From NCBI GenBank assembly GCA_016618085.1, contig JABLTG010000018.1:62001-126000 (forward strand): a stretch of DNA of 64,000 nucleotides, read 5' to 3'. Position 1 is the stretch's first letter, and every line of letters begins with the position of its first letter. The notes beneath the pieces are model-generated. The model searched no databases, was not told where the DNA came from, and worked only from the letters and a program-made list of their open reading frames with translations. Source of the stretch: Neovahlkampfia damariscottae (lineage: Eukaryota). A program made the translations under genes and the position numbers. Shown here one piece after another: positions 1 to 14,032 of this stretch.

Positions 1-991
1 TTTACCTTCGATACATTTTCTTCATCAATGCAATCTTCTTTAGGAATTGAATTTTCAAATTTTTCAATGATTTCAATAGGAGCTTTCTTTTTTTTTATGC
101 TATTAATATTGGAATTTCCACCTCCAGTAGATTTTTTTTTTTGTTATTTTTCCTTTTTTTGATGTCGTTTTTTTTTCTTTTTCTATTGGTTTTTCCCAAA
201 CTTTTGATGTAGAAGAAGCAAATGGTGATGTTTCTTCATCATCTGGTATATTTGAAATTGATTCAACGGCAATATTTCTTAATTGTAAATAAAATCTGGT
301 GTTCAAGTATTCATCTCCCATCTGTTCTAATTGAAGAATAATGAATTCAACATAAGTTTCAAAATCCTTTTCTGTAAAGTTTGGAATTTTCTCACTCATT
401 TCTTTTAGAGTTACAATATTCTTTGTATCTTCATCTAAAACATCAACAATTTTACCAACCAATTTAACTCTATTTTTCGCAGAATCAAAAGACTTGGAAT
501 ACTTTTCACTTGGATTCAATAGTTTATACCATGCTTGTTGAGTTTTCAACCAGACATATTTTTCATCTTTGTCACATTCAATCTGCCATTCCTTTTTTTG
601 AATTGTTAAATTTTATTTGTTTTTACAAGTAGAGGTCCAATTGTAACTTCTTCTGTATATTGTTCTGGTATATCTTGGATTTCATAATCTTCTTCTTCTT
701 CTAACTTTTGAATGTTAAAAAATAAAGTTTTACTGAATCATCAAGAATCAAAATTTCTTGTCCTTTGCAAACTGATTTTTGAGCATGTGTTTTCACTTTT
801 CCTGTAACCATTAAAGTTGAAGAATGATCTATGTTCTCTACAGGTACCATCTTGTTGTTTTTTCTTGGTTCAATAATTTCAAAATTATCTAAAAGACGAT
901 AAATATCACCAGTATTATAATTCAAGTCATTATATAACTCAGGTATATCATCTTCTTGCATTAAGCTTGAAAGTTCATCTGAAGAAGTCAT
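1..991 (-). CDS. DNMT1-RFD (RFTS) domain-containing chromatin protein, 5' part; multi-exon, runs off left edge
   Basis: Spliced ORFs 701-991 and 103-549 give YRLLDNFEII...MVPVENID...IGPLLEWQI...VWLKTQQAWYKLLNPSEKY, matching the RFTS pattern; short GT-AG introns. Confidence 0.6.
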
Positions 992-1175
992 TTAACTTCT
1001 TTGGCTTTTTGGAGTGAATAACGATACTTTTTAATTGGTCTATTTTTTAGTTCAATTTTGTTTTGAAAAAAATAAGAGCTGGATGTATCTAGTAAAATAA
1101 AGAAAATTCAAAATCAGAGTTTTCTTTTATTTGATGAATTTTTGACCAATCATCTGTTTTTTGTTTCGAATTTGA

Positions 1176-4100
1176 ATGCCTCCAAAACAAAACAAAAAAC
1201 AAGGGTAACCTTTCTTCAATGATTAATATTTTATAGGTCTAATCAACCTCAAAATAAAAAACAGAATAAGGATATTAAAAATCCATCACCAAAAACACAA
1301 AATCAAAAAAAACCAACCGAAAAACAAGAAATCAATGGTTCCTCAAAAGAAGAAAATAGTACTTTCATAAAAGTTGGTGATAGAGATGTAAGTTATTTAA
1401 ATATTAATATCTTCATTAGGTTCCACTTAGAACAGCTTCTGCTCCACCTGATTTGAACAAAGACCATCAACCAAAAAAAATTAATACTGGCTTAAGTACT
1501 AATTTTCAACCATTCGTACCAAGAGGATTTGTTCCAACTGCGCAACCTTTTATACCAAAGAATATTCAAAATTTTCAACCAACAGTTACAGTACCAATAC
1601 AAACAAATCCAGTGCCAAAACCTGCACCAGCACCAAAAAAAGGTCTACTGATCATTGACCCAAAGACTGGAGCACCTGTTGATATATTTGGAAATAGAAT
1701 TAAAACAACTGAAGAAGAAGTAAAACCTGAAGTAGAAGTTAAAGTTGAAGAAAAAAAAGAAGAAAAAAAAGAAGCTAAACCAGTTGTTGAAGTTAAACCA
1801 CAACCTGTAAAAGTAGAAGAAACGAAAGTAGAAGAAGAAGAAGAAGAAGAAGATTCTTTGGACGTCGAAGTTGAAGATTCCTTAGACGTTGAAATTTCTG
1901 ATAAAGATGATTCAAATGAAGAGGAAGAAGACTCTGAAGAAGAAGATTCCGAAGAAGAAGATGATTCAACAAGTGATGAAGAAGAAGGAGATATGAAAAA
2001 AAAAAGAGTTTATACAAGAGACCAACTTTTAAAATTCAAATTTTTGGCTACAGAACCACCTGATGTTTTAAAAAGAAGTGATATTTTTGTTGATGGTACA
2101 AAATCAACACCTGCTTCAGAATTTAAACCTTCATGGCAAAATAAACCTGGTGGAAAACCATTTCCAACACAAAGAGGAAAGAAACCACAAGCAGGAGGAA
2201 AGAAATCAGGAGGAAAGAATAAAAGAGATAAAGGTCCAAAACTTGAAAAATCAGTTGCTTTAAAAATGAAAATTGAAAAAGAAAAAACAATTTCAGAAGT
2301 TAAATTTATTTTAAACAAACTTTCTGAAAATAATTATGAATCAATTAAAAAAGATTTATTAGCAGTTGAAGTTAAAGATGAAGAAGTTGCAGCAGTTATA
2401 AATCAAATATTTGAAACAGCTATTAATAATTCAGTATTTAGTGGAATGTACGCAGATCTTTGTGTTGATATTTCACAAACAGAAGGTACAATTTATGGAA
2501 AATCAACAGATTTTAAAAAAATATTATTAAATTCATGTCAAACTGAATTTGAAAAGATACCTGAAGCAAGACAAGAATATCTTGATGCAAAAGCAGCAAA
2601 TAAATATTCAGAAGTTGAATTATTAGAAATTTCAGGAAAATTAAAAACAAGAATTATTGGAAATATGTCATTCATTGGAGAATTATTTAAAAAGAAAATG
2701 TTATCTGCTCTTATTATGCATGAAATTATTGCAAAACTTCTTTTGAATTCTGAAAATCCAGAAGAAGATCAAATTGAAATTCTTTGTAGTTTATTAACAA
2801 ATATTGGTAAAAATTTAGAAGAAGCAGTTGATTCAAGAGATTATATGGATGTTTATTTTGATAAATTATTAGAAATTAAAGCTGAAAAAACAACATCATC
2901 AAGAATTAGATTCATGATTTTAGATTTAATGGATTTAAGAAAAATTGGATATCAAAAATTACAAGAACCAAAAAAGAAAACAAAACAAGCTCCTACACCT
3001 GTTAATACATCAAATAATAAATACTATTCAAATGATCGTAATAGCAATAAAAAATCAGGTGGTAAAGGTTCACAAGATTTTAGAAAATCTTCAAGAAATG
3101 ATAGATTAGAAAGAATGGAACAAAAAAAGAATCAAAGTCTTTCAAAACCTGCTGGAAGAGGTTATGGTGGATATTCACCTTCTTCTTCACCTTCACCAAC
3201 TACATCATCACCTGAATGGGAAGTTAAAGGAAATAGTAAAAAATCAATGGGAAAAGGTGGTAGAAAAGGTCAACAAACAGTTTATGGAAATAAAAAACAA
3301 AATGATCTTATTGATATTGATTCATCAAATTCATTTAGTGCTTTAGATGATGATGATAATGTATCACCTAAATCACCAACTCCAATTCAAATAAAAAGAA
3401 GACCACAACAAAAAGAAGAAATGCCAAAAGAATTAATTCAAACAAAAACACAATCAACATTTAATTCACTCATGGATGGTGGTGAATTTGAAGATTCAAT
3501 GGATGATTTGAAAGATTTAAGACTTTCTGATTATAGTATAAGTGTTGCAACATTAATTGATTTTGTTATTGATAAAAAAGATCTTGAAAGAAAATTATTT
3601 GTTGATCTAGTTGTTAGATGTGTTGGAAACAATATATTTAATGAATCACAATTGATAAAAGGAGTCAATTTATCAATTAAAAGTGCAATTGATACTGATT
3701 TATTTTTTGATGTACCAAAATATTTTGATTGGATTGGACAAATTATTGGTAGATTTGTTTATTCAAAAACTATTTTAGTTGCTTCATTTGATAAAATTTT
3801 AAATGATGAATTCTTATCTTCAAGTCAATTAGTTAAAGTTTATTCATCCATTATACTTACAATGAAACAAGAATATGAATTAATGAATGAACAAACAATT
3901 AAATCTGCAAAACAAATTTCAACAACTAATTTCAATATTTTAAATCTTTTAAATGGAAAAAAACAATTTTTTGACGCATTATTAAAATCAACAACAACCA
4001 ATAATACATTCGATATGGATCCAGTTTTATTTATTATGTATTCAATTCAACAAGGAAAAGAAGCAGAAAAAATAACAAAATGGTTTCAAGATAATTTGAA

Positions 4101-4479
4101 AGATCAATTAGGAGATGGTTATTTGATCAGACAAATGGTTTCTTCATTTATTCAAACAATTGAAATGTCATCAAGATTTGAAAAAAAACAAAATTTAGAA
4201 TTAGAGAAAGAATTATTTTTGAAATATTCTTCAATTTTGAAATCAATTCTTTCAGAAAATGAAAATTATCAAAAAATTGCAATTTTAGAAATACAAAGAT
4301 TTTCACATTTAACAAATTTTAATTCTGGTTTAATTTCAACTTTGTTTGACTTATTTTTGAATGAAAATTTAATTTCAAAATCGATTTTTGAAAATTGGTT
4401 GAAAGATTCAAAATTAGGTTCTCAATTTGAAAAAGAAAAAGCAAAAGAACAAACAAAAGAATTTTTTCAAAAATTATAA
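1176..4479 (+). CDS. eIF4G: Eukaryotic translation initiation factor 4G (MIF4G, MA3, W2-like)
   Basis: Two 5' introns extend the ORF to ATG 1176; PLRTASAPPDL motif, eIF4E-binding YTRDQLL, ILNKLS/MYADLC/LLNSCQTEFE/GNMSFIGELFK/SRIRFMILDLMDLR. Confidence 0.93.
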
Positions 4480-4769
4480 TAAAATTTAAAGTTGAATCAA
4501 AAAACGTAAATTTATTTTTTTGAACAAAAGTTGGTGGATTTGAAAAGGGTTTGAAATCTCAATAAATCAAATCCAAAATCAAATCAAACACTGAAAAATC
4601 AAATTTCAAATTCAATCAAAAAAAATCAAACAATTTCAAATACCATACATTTATTCATCTTTAAACCTCCTAAATGAAAAAAAACCATCTGTCAAGAAAT
4701 TTTTTGAATCATTCAAGCATATCAAACATTCAAAGTAGATGTCAACAAAAGTGATTCAAACTGACAACT

Positions 4770-5665
4770 TTATTTAAAAAATTGATGTTTCTTGATTTCT
4801 TCTATTGTTGGACGTAATTTGGGATTGGCTTTCAATATTCTCAAAATCAAATCTTTACCATCATCATCAATCCATAAGGGGAATTTCATTTCTTCATTTT
4901 TCATTTTTGTAATCAATTTCCCACGATCTTTATCATCAAAAGCAAAACAACCAGTGAGCATACAATACAAAATGACACCTAAACTCCAAATATCTGCTTT
5001 TATACCACAATATGAATCACCAGATAATACTTCAGGTGCTGCATAATTATCTGTACCGGCAATTTCATCAAATAAAGTTCCATATTCAATTTCAGATGCC
5101 CAACCAAAATCACCAATTTTTAACTCATTTCCTGAAAATAATAAGTTTTCAGGTTTTAAATCGCGATGACAAACACCAAGAGAATGTATAAATTCAATTC
5201 CTAAATTTTTAAAAAAATGAAAAGTAAACCTTCCAGCAATTGAAGAAAATACTTTTTTGATTTTTCTTTTGTGAGTTTGTCTTCTTTTTCTATTTTATCC
5301 ATTAAATCACCACCATCACAATACTCTAATACCATCCATATTTCATTATTTGTTGCATCTTCAAGAATATCAATTAGGGGTATGATATTTTTGTGTGGAT
5401 ATTTTTTGAATCTTTGATAAATTAAAATTTCATTTTGAATTTGTTCTTGCATTTTTATAGCTTTTGGATCTATTTTAAATTCTTCATTATCACTATCAAT
5501 TTCGACTGGAACAGGTTGAACTCTAATTGCAACTTTCTGTTCATTTCTAATATCTACAGCTAACATAACTCTAGATGTAGTTCCAGAGTTTAATGGTCTT
5601 ATCATTTTATAGAAATTAGTATTGGATTCTGCTTGACCACAGCTGTCGTCGTCAGAGGAAGACAT
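4770..5665 (-). CDS. CAMK/AMPK-like Ser/Thr protein kinase, one intron
   Basis: LEYCDGGDL, HRDLKPEN, DFG, YAAPE, DIWSLGV after removing the intron near 5191-5219. Confidence 0.9.
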
Positions 5666-5986
5666 TTTGAAGTGTCCAATGAGAGGAAACCTTTAAAAAA
5701 AAATGTATTTTATTTTTGTATTTTTTATATAAAGGCCCAGAACCATCACTTCCATTGTTCTTGTAAACAATTGAAACAATGAGGCTATTTTTTTTTACTT
5801 TTTTTGTGTCGTTTTGCTGAAGAAATTTTACATTGTTACAGTCATAGAAATGAAACCAAGTGAACACTCAGAAAACTGACTCAATTCCTTCACACATCGC
5901 TACTACAAAGAAAAAACGAAAAAATGGGTTGACCAATAAAAAGGTCACTTTTTTGACTTATAACCAATCAAAAATTTTCTCAAAAG

Positions 5987-6931
5987 ATGAAGACAATTAT
6001 TTGTTTTGTCCTCTTGAGTTTAGTAGCAATTGTACTTTCTGCTGATTCAACTCTTGGAAAACCAAAAGAAGATTCAACAACCAGTTTATTAAATTCTTTG
6101 ACAAGTTTTGAAAAAGAATTGGAAAACCAAAACAAATTCTTCAAAGCTATAGCAGCGAAAAAGAATTCAAAACTTTCCAAATTACAAAAAGTAGCAATGT
6201 CAAAGAATGCTCCACCAAAACCAACAGAAGAACAAATAAAACAACAAGCTTTGAAATTCTTGAATGAACTTCATTCCGAAAATTCAAACCGCCATTCATT
6301 TGGTCATCATTCAAAATGTGGAAGATTTACTAAAAAATCAATAAGATTTAATAGAAAATTAGTTGGTGATATTAGAACTCTTAGAAGAATGCTTCTTAAT
6401 TGTCGTAGACATGGTATAACAGCTGAACAATTAAAACGTCAAATTAGACGTGAAATTGAAAGACTCAGAAAATTGATTAAAAGTGGTTGTCCAGCTGCTG
6501 TAAAAAGTGCTAACTCAGTCAGAGCTGATCTCAAAAGAGATATCAGAAGTCTTAGACGTCGTTTACATCCAAAGAGATACTTCAAACCAAACAAAAATAA
6601 CCTTATTGTTCAAACAAAAGAACAAATTAAAAAAATGAAAATTTATGCAAGAAACTTCAGAAAATTAGTTTTACACAAAAAGAACTTTCACCTTAGACTT
6701 TTTAAACATTCAAAACATGGTTTAGTTAAAATGTCACCTATGAAACTTGTAGGAAAAAAACATAAAAAAAAAGCTCAAAAATTAAGAAAAGTTTTGAAAC
6801 GTACTGTCAATAACTTAAGAAAAATTATGCTTGTAGCTCCAAAACAATTAAAAGGATATATTAAAAGAGTTGTTAAAAGAGAAAACAAAAGATATAGATC
6901 TTCATTTCATAAAGCAATTAGAAGACATTAA
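5987..6931 (+). CDS. Secreted, highly basic (K/R-rich) helical protein of unknown function
   Basis: Intronless 314-aa ORF, signal peptide, CCAAT upstream. Confidence 0.75.
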   Translation: MKTIICFVLLSLVAIVLSADSTLGKPKEDSTTSLLNSLTSFEKELENQNKFFKAIAAKKNSKLSKLQKVAMSKNAPPKPTEEQIKQQALKFLNELHSENSNRHSFGHHSKCGRFTKKSIRFNRKLVGDIRTLRRMLLNCRRHGITAEQLKRQIRREIERLRKLIKSGCPAAVKSANSVRADLKRDIRSLRRRLHPKRYFKPNKNNLIVQTKEQIKKMKIYARNFRKLVLHKKNFHLRLFKHSKHGLVKMSPMKLVGKKHKKKAQKLRKVLKRTVNNLRKIMLVAPKQLKGYIKRVVKRENKRYRSSFHKAIRRH

Positions 6932-7072
6932 ATAAATTAATTCTGATATATTATATGTGACTTTAATCACCAATTTTAATTAAGATTTTTTATTCTTGTG
7001 AGTGTTTTTATTGATTGTATTGACCTTTTTTAATTATTAGCTGTTAAGTCAGTCGAAATCTAAAAATAAAAC

Positions 7073-9066
7073 ATGAAGGTGTTTGATTGGTTTATTAGAA
7101 ACTGATTGAAGTTGATGTGGAAAAACTGTTACCAAAGAGCTCCTCTTCACCAAATTCAATTTGATGATGAAGAAACTGCACAAGATGAAACTATAAACAT
7201 GATTCAAGAAAAAGATGAAGAAACACCAACTTCAAATTGGTTCACAAAACTTTCACTTCAATTTTTGATTTTAAAGAAATTTTTTCCATATTTATGGCCA
7301 AATGGAAAATGGGATATTAAGTTGAGAATCATTATTTCTTTTATTTTTTTATTTGCTTCCAAAGGAGTTGGATTGGCTGTTCCATTTTGTTATAAAGCTG
7401 CAGTTGATCAATTGACAATTAAAAATGCAAAATTATCAATTCCTTGGATATCTATACTTTTATTTGGACTTGGTAAATTAATTGGAAATGCTCTTTCAAA
7501 TTTAGTTGATTCAACTTTTCTTCCAGTTACACAAAATGCCTTAAAAGAAATTTCTGTTGAAACTTGTAATTCTTTATCAATTTTAATGATTAAAATAGCT
7601 TACACACCATTTCAGTTCAACATTTATATGAATTACCTTTAGAATTTCATTTAAAAAAAAAGACAGGTGGACTGTTAAAAATTATTGATAAAGGAACATC
7701 TTCAATGTCAAAATTATGTGAATTTTTTTTGATCAATTTATTACCTCTTATTGTTGAATTTATCTTAGTTATTTCAGTTTTTATTTCAAAATTCATTTTT
7801 TGGACAACTTTGATTATTTTTTTTGATGTTATTATTTATATTGTATTTATTATTGTTGTTATGGAATGGAGAACAAAAATGAAAAGAGAAAGAAATAAAT
7901 CAGAAAAAGAAGCAAATGAAAAGGCAGTTGATGGTTTAATGAATTTTGAAACAGTTCGAAATTTTATTGGCGAAGAACATGAACAACTTAGATACTCAGA
8001 TGCACTTCAAAATTATATGAATTTAGCCATTAAAGCTCAATCTTCAATTTCATTTTTAAGTGTAGGTAAAGCTGCTATTATTGCATTTGGACAAACATCA
8101 GTTTTAATTATTGCTGCTTATGAACTTACTATTGGTGAAATTAGTATTGGTGATTTTGTTTTAGTCAATACTTTTATGTCACAATTATTCACTCCTTTAA
8201 AATCATTAGGAGGTTCTTATAAGTTAATTAAAGAAAGTATTGTTGATATTGAATTATTATATGAATTATTGGATGAAAAATCAACAGTTACTGATGTACA
8301 AGATGTAATTGATTTTGAACCAAAAGATAGTGAAATTGAATTCAAAAATGTATCATTTTCTTATGATAAAGAGATACCCATTTTAAAAAATATTTCTTTT
8401 AAAGTGCCAAGTGGTAAACAATTAGCTATCGTTGGATCATCTGGTGGTGGAAAATCAACAATTTCTAAATTGTTATTTCGTCATTATGATATTGAAGGGG
8501 AAGGTGAAATTACAATAGGAGGGATTAATATTTCAAAAGTTAAACAAAAGAAATTGAGATCATTCATAGGAATTGTTCCTCAAGATTCTTCTTTATTTAA
8601 TGATTCAATATTGTATAATATCATGTATGGTTCTTTTAATGCAACACAAGATGATGTTATTGAAGCATGTAAAATTGCAAAAATTTATGATTTCATTCAA
8701 ACTTTGCCTGATGGTTGGAATACAATTGTTGGTGAGAGAGGACTCAGATTATCTGGTGGAGAAAAACAAAGAACTATTATTGCTAGAGCTGTTTTAAAAA
8801 GAACACCAATTATGTTGTTTGATGAAGCAACTTCTTCTTTAGATACCCATACTGAAAGAGAAATTCAAGAAAATATTAGATCAATTTTCAAAGGAAAGAA
8901 AACATCAATTATTTTAGCTCATAGATTGAGTACAATTGTTGATAGTGATGAAATTATTGTTGTAAAAAAAGGTGAAATTATTGAAAGAGGAACTCATGAA
9001 GAATTACTTTTGATCAACGGGGAGTATTCAAATTTATGGAACAAACAAATAAATTTAGATACATAA
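7073..9066 (+). CDS. ABCB6/ATM1/HMT1-type half ABC transporter
   Basis: TMD plus NBD: GSSGGGKST, LSGGEKQR, DEATSSLD, AHRLST; intron 7566-7615 joins the two ORFs. Confidence 0.92.
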
Positions 9067-9070
9067 AATT

Positions 9071-10944
9071 TTATTCTTTCAAATTATTGATCCTTTGACA
9101 AATATCTGATAAACATTCTTTTTCAGTATGATAATTTGGTGCTGCTTCTAAATAAGAACAATTATTTTCTTCTGCCAATTTTAAACCAGCTTCTGATGAA
9201 ACAATTCTTGAATAAAAAACATCACATTTTGATGCTACAATAGTGATAACATATTCATCACGATTCAATTCATAAATTAATTTCAAATATTCACTAATTT
9301 TCTTGAATGACTTTAAATCAGTGACTGAATAACATAAAATGAATGCATGTGTTCCTTTAATCAATTTTACAATCTTTTCAGAATCTTCCCTTGAATTTAT
9401 TAAATTTATTGATAAATTCATTGTATTATTTGATAAAGTATCTGTGAATGATTTAGTTCCATGAGTTTCAAAATCATCATTCAACAACATGGACATGAAT
9501 GTTCTATTGATTATCAATATAATGTAAAATTTTTACTTTTTTCCAACTTCAATAGATCCCATTAAGTTCTATTTTGATTTTAAATAAAAAAAATAGTCCT
9601 ACCACGAATCTAGTTGTATTTGAAATGAATTTAAAATCATTTGATGGTTTCAATATATTCCTATATAAATATATAGTTTCTTCTGTACTTTCAATATTTT
9701 GTGGATTCATTTTTAATTCTTTCAATAAATTTTTTTCTTCTAAATCATCTTTATGATAAGAAACAAATACTTCACAAGCATAAATCAATAATGAATCTTC
9801 TGCACCTACAGCATAATTATACACATCAATAATATTTGTTTCATCCAACATTTTATCATAAATCAATGAAATACAAAGATTTCTCAATCTATATTCAATA
9901 TTCATTTTCTCCCATAAATGCATTACTATTAAAATGAATAATAAATTATTTTACCATGTAATGTATGTTGATAATAAATTGGATTAATATCACCAGTGTA
10001 AATATAATACAAAATTTGATTGAAAGGTTCTTTTTCTTCTAATATTTCAATTTCATCCATTTGACTTTCAATCATTCCCATTGATAACATAGTCACAAAA
10101 TATTGAACTAATTTTTTATTAAATTTTTTCAAACCTCTTGTTAAGATGATTTTATGTGCATGTATTAATTCACCATTCAGATTTAAGGTAATATCTGATG
10201 CTATAGATGATCCAATCATTGGTTTCAAATGATTTTTTGTTTCAATAGTTCCAACATCAATTTGTACTTTAAATAAGAAATTGAAATTTTTATCTTACAA
10301 CAAAATTGATTGAAACTATGTTTTAAAACATATAAAATATTTTCATTTTCATTTTCTAAATTATTCTTTTTTAAGAAATTTGAAAACTCTTCAAATTGTA
10401 AATTTCTTTTTCTTAAATATTTTGTAATTTCTAATTCAATTATTCTTGAAAAGGTTTTCATATCATATTTACAAGAAAATTTTAAAAGTTTGATTAAAGT
10501 TTCTAAAATGTAAAATTGTTCTTTTAATCTTCCTCCATAAAGAAAATATAAAATTAAATCAAAAGTTTCTTCATCTTCAACTTCAAGATTTAATATATCA
10601 TTTGATGTTAAATCTTGAAGTTTTTCACATGATGCATAAAAAAATATTTTGTTTGCATAAAATGTTTGTTGGGTTTTTTTTTTTGAATTTGAAGTTTCTT
10701 GTTTTTTATTTGAAAATGTAACATTTAACGTTAAATCACAAAATGGTGGTTTTTCATCTTTTTTTGGTAAAAGTGATAAAAAATAATCGTAAATAGGATT
10801 TGGATCAAAAATCTCGACAATTTTTGGTACACTCTCTTTTAAAATATTAAAATGGAATGTTTTGGTGATACTGGTGATTTTTGAGGTATCTGTGAACATT
10901 GTATAGATCATACTTTGACCAGATGAACTATTGTTGTTTCCCAT
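9071..10944 (-). CDS. N-myristoylated tandem BTB/POZ + degenerate Ras-like GTPase fusion
   Basis: MGNNNSS start; two BTB motifs (CDLTLNV..FYANKIFF, SDITLNL..HAHKIIL); spliced P-loop GSIEVGKK, AFILCYSVTD, SKCD, YLEAA; four small introns. Confidence 0.75.
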
Positions 10945-11007
10945 TGAATTGACTTATTTTTAAAATGAGAATGATTGGATGAAAAAAAACTATTTATAGA
11001 TTCAAAA

Positions 11008-12032
11008 TTATTGGAAATGTTCATTCATTTTTTCTAATGTTAAATCTCTTATATGTCCACAATCTTCTTCAATATGATCAAACATTAATCCCATTGCAGT
11101 ATCATTTACTTCAAGAACTAAATCAGTTCCATCTTTGAGTCTCATCACATCTAAAGCAAACATATCTAATCCTCCATTAATTAATGAAACTTCATCCATC
11201 CATAATTTATATTTATCTGTAACTTCATGATCTTTGAATGCAATATTTCCCCAATTTTGTTTCCAAGATGAATTGGATTGTCTTGAATAGACTCGATAAT
11301 GTTTTCCAATTTTTTGAAGTCTCAAATCATATTCAATATTCAAAAATGGTTCAACGAAAAAATAATCATTGTGGATTGTTAAACATGATAAAAAATCTTC
11401 TAAATCACCATCTTCTTTAACTTTCATTTTTCCAACTACAACATTAATCCAATCATTTCTTACCTCCAGCATCAATCGTCCCAATTTTAAGTACACATGG
11501 TAAATCTGGTTTAATTATGATTTCATCACTTGAGCCAATATTTGGGTAAAAATTTTGATCAACAATTGGAAAATTATCTTTACCTAACTTCTGTTGAATT
11601 TTCAATAATTCTCCGTAGAGAATAGGTTTTTCACGAAGAAAAATGGATTTTAATGAATTAATAGATGGTATATTATTGAACATAAATGCTAATAAAATAT
11701 TTTTGTATGAAACTTCATGTAAACCTCCTGAGAAGTTTCTAATTAAAATAAAATCAACAGAAAATTCTCGATCATCTTTTTGTTGATATAAATTGTCAAT
11801 TCCCTTTAAATGACATATCACTCCTTTTTTATTGCTCGAATTTACAGTGATATGCTGCCAACCTGTTTGTTTTAGTTTTTTAATTTTTCACCTGCAACTT
11901 CAACTTTGATTTTTTCTCCATTTTTTAATTTTTTATCTTTGAATAATTTGTACCCTTTTTCAATAGTGTTAGATTACTTGGATGAAGAATACAATCAACA
12001 GATGAATAGTCAATCACCAACAAATTCTTCAT
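11008..12032 (-). CDS. Synapsin-like ATP-grasp protein
   Basis: VDWYKLF, DFILIRN, PSINSL, LKIGTIDAGVGKMKV, VEPF..EYDLRLQKIG, SSWKQNWG, GGLDMFALD, LEVND; three introns. Confidence 0.85.
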
Positions 12033-12428
12033 CTTCAAAAATATTTTGATTGGACAAAAAAAAAAGTATCTTTCAATAAAAAGGACAAAGAATACTCCTA
12101 GAATTACAACTATTCAACTTTTATTATGATTTTCTTTGTCGATTTTTCAATTTTGTCTTTCATTTTTTTCACTTTTTCCCAATTGATGATTTTGATGTCT
12201 TTATTTTGAACAGGAATGTTGATTTTGGTGATTTTATGTTTCTTCTTTCGCTCAACTTCATTCTGTCATCATGATTCTGTTTCATCTTTGAACCTTCAAA
12301 CTGAAGAAATCAGAAAATTAATTGGTGGATTATAATTTTACATGATTCCCTCTGAAATTGAAAAAACTTAGATTTTTGAGTGTTTTGAACGGTAATAAAT
12401 TCCACCAATAAAATCATCTATTTGTTCA

Positions 12429-14032
12429 ATGTCTGATAAACGCAAATTAGAGGTTGAAGAAAAACCAACAAATAAAAAACAAAAACTTGACAATTTAAAA
12501 ATGTAAGCCATGAGAAATTTACTGATAATATAAGTCTAGTTTGTGGTGACATTGAAGGAAATTTTGATAAAATTTTCAAAAAAATTCACGAAATTTTATC
12601 GACAAAAGGAAAGTTTGATTTACTATTTTGTATTGGAAAATTCTTTTCTGAAAATGAAATTGATTCATTATCACTTGATTATTCACCTGAAAATTCGAAA
12701 TATTTGACAGGTGAAAATAGAATCCAAATACCAACATATTTTATTGATTGTTCACCAAATTCAATATTAGGAGAAAAAGAAAAAGAAATTTGTCAAAATT
12801 TAACATTTCTTGGAAAAAAAGGAATTAAAAATATTAAAGGATTGAATGTAGCATTTTTAAGTGGAAATTATGATCCATACACATATCAATCAACTTCAAT
12901 TTCATCTTCAATGAATTATTTAAAATCTGATTTTTTATATTTAAAAGAAGAATCAAAAAAATATGAACAAGAAGGAATTGATTTATTCTTATCATGTGAT
13001 TGGTCAAAAGGTATTTTAAATAATTTGAATTCAAATGAATTACCAAAGAAACAACCATCATCACAATCATCTGTTATAAGTCAATTAAGTGAAATATTGA
13101 AACCAAAATATCATTTTACAGTTTCAGAATTTTTTTATGAAAGAAGACCTTATTTAAATGAAGATATAAATTCATCAACAAGATTCATTTCTTTATCAAA
13201 TATAAATTCAACTGAAAAATATTTATATGCATTCTCTTTTTCATTTCAAAATTTTAATGAACCAAAAAATTCATCAATTTCACCATTCAAAAAAATTGAA
13301 AAAGAATCAACTACAAACAATTCTTATAACATTAAAAAAAATGTTCCAAAGAATAAATATGTAAAAAAAGAAGTAGTAAAATCAAATATGAATTGTTGGT
13401 TTTGTTTATCAAATCCAGAAATTGAAAAACATTTATTAATTTCGATTCAAGAAGAATCTTATTTAGCATTTCCAAAAGGTGGTTTAACAAATGATCATAT
13501 TTTATTAATTTCAATGGAACATTCAAATTGTTACATGAATTTATCAGATGATTCAATAAAAGAAATTGAATTATATCTTGAAAATTTAAAAAAGTTCTAT
13601 GCAACAAAAAACAAATCCATTATCATTTTTGAAAGAAATATATCATTAAATAAGGTACCAAATCACTTTCATTTCCAAATTGTTCCAATTTCAAATAATT
13701 TATTAAAAGACTCTGAAGAGATATTTCAAAATGAATTTGAAAATGAAGATTTGGAATTTAATGTTTATGATTCATCTGTTCAATTGAAAGATTTAATTTT
13801 TGATTCAAAATGTCAAGATTCACAATATTTTTTAGTTATTTTACCAAATGGAAATAGAATTATTCATAAGATTAAAAATACAAAAATTGTAATGAATTTA
13901 GGGAGAAAGGTTTGTGCAAAATTATTAGGTGAAAAAGATAAAGATGATTGGAAAAATTGTGCATTACCAAAAGAAGAAGAAACAAAATTAGTTTTAAATT
14001 TTAGAAAAGAATTTCAATCTTTTGATCTTTGA
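12429..14032 (+). CDS. CWF19L1: CWF19-like protein 1 (metallophosphatase-like + CwfJ C-terminal domains)
   Basis: LVCGDIEG, PKYHF, FYERRPY, CWFCLSNP..EKHL, HFHFQIVP, DDWKNC; one 5' intron. Confidence 0.9.

Noticed and set aside
1793..2318. Antisense and alternate-frame short ORFs here and throughout the track
   Set aside because: Shadow ORFs produced by codon bias of real genes.
4555..4640. aatcaaa-rich low-complexity repeats
   Set aside because: Irregular and without spacers; not a CRISPR, telomere or defined satellite.
12113..12345. Short Lys-rich minus-strand frames
   Set aside because: No clear start or homology; may be a remnant.
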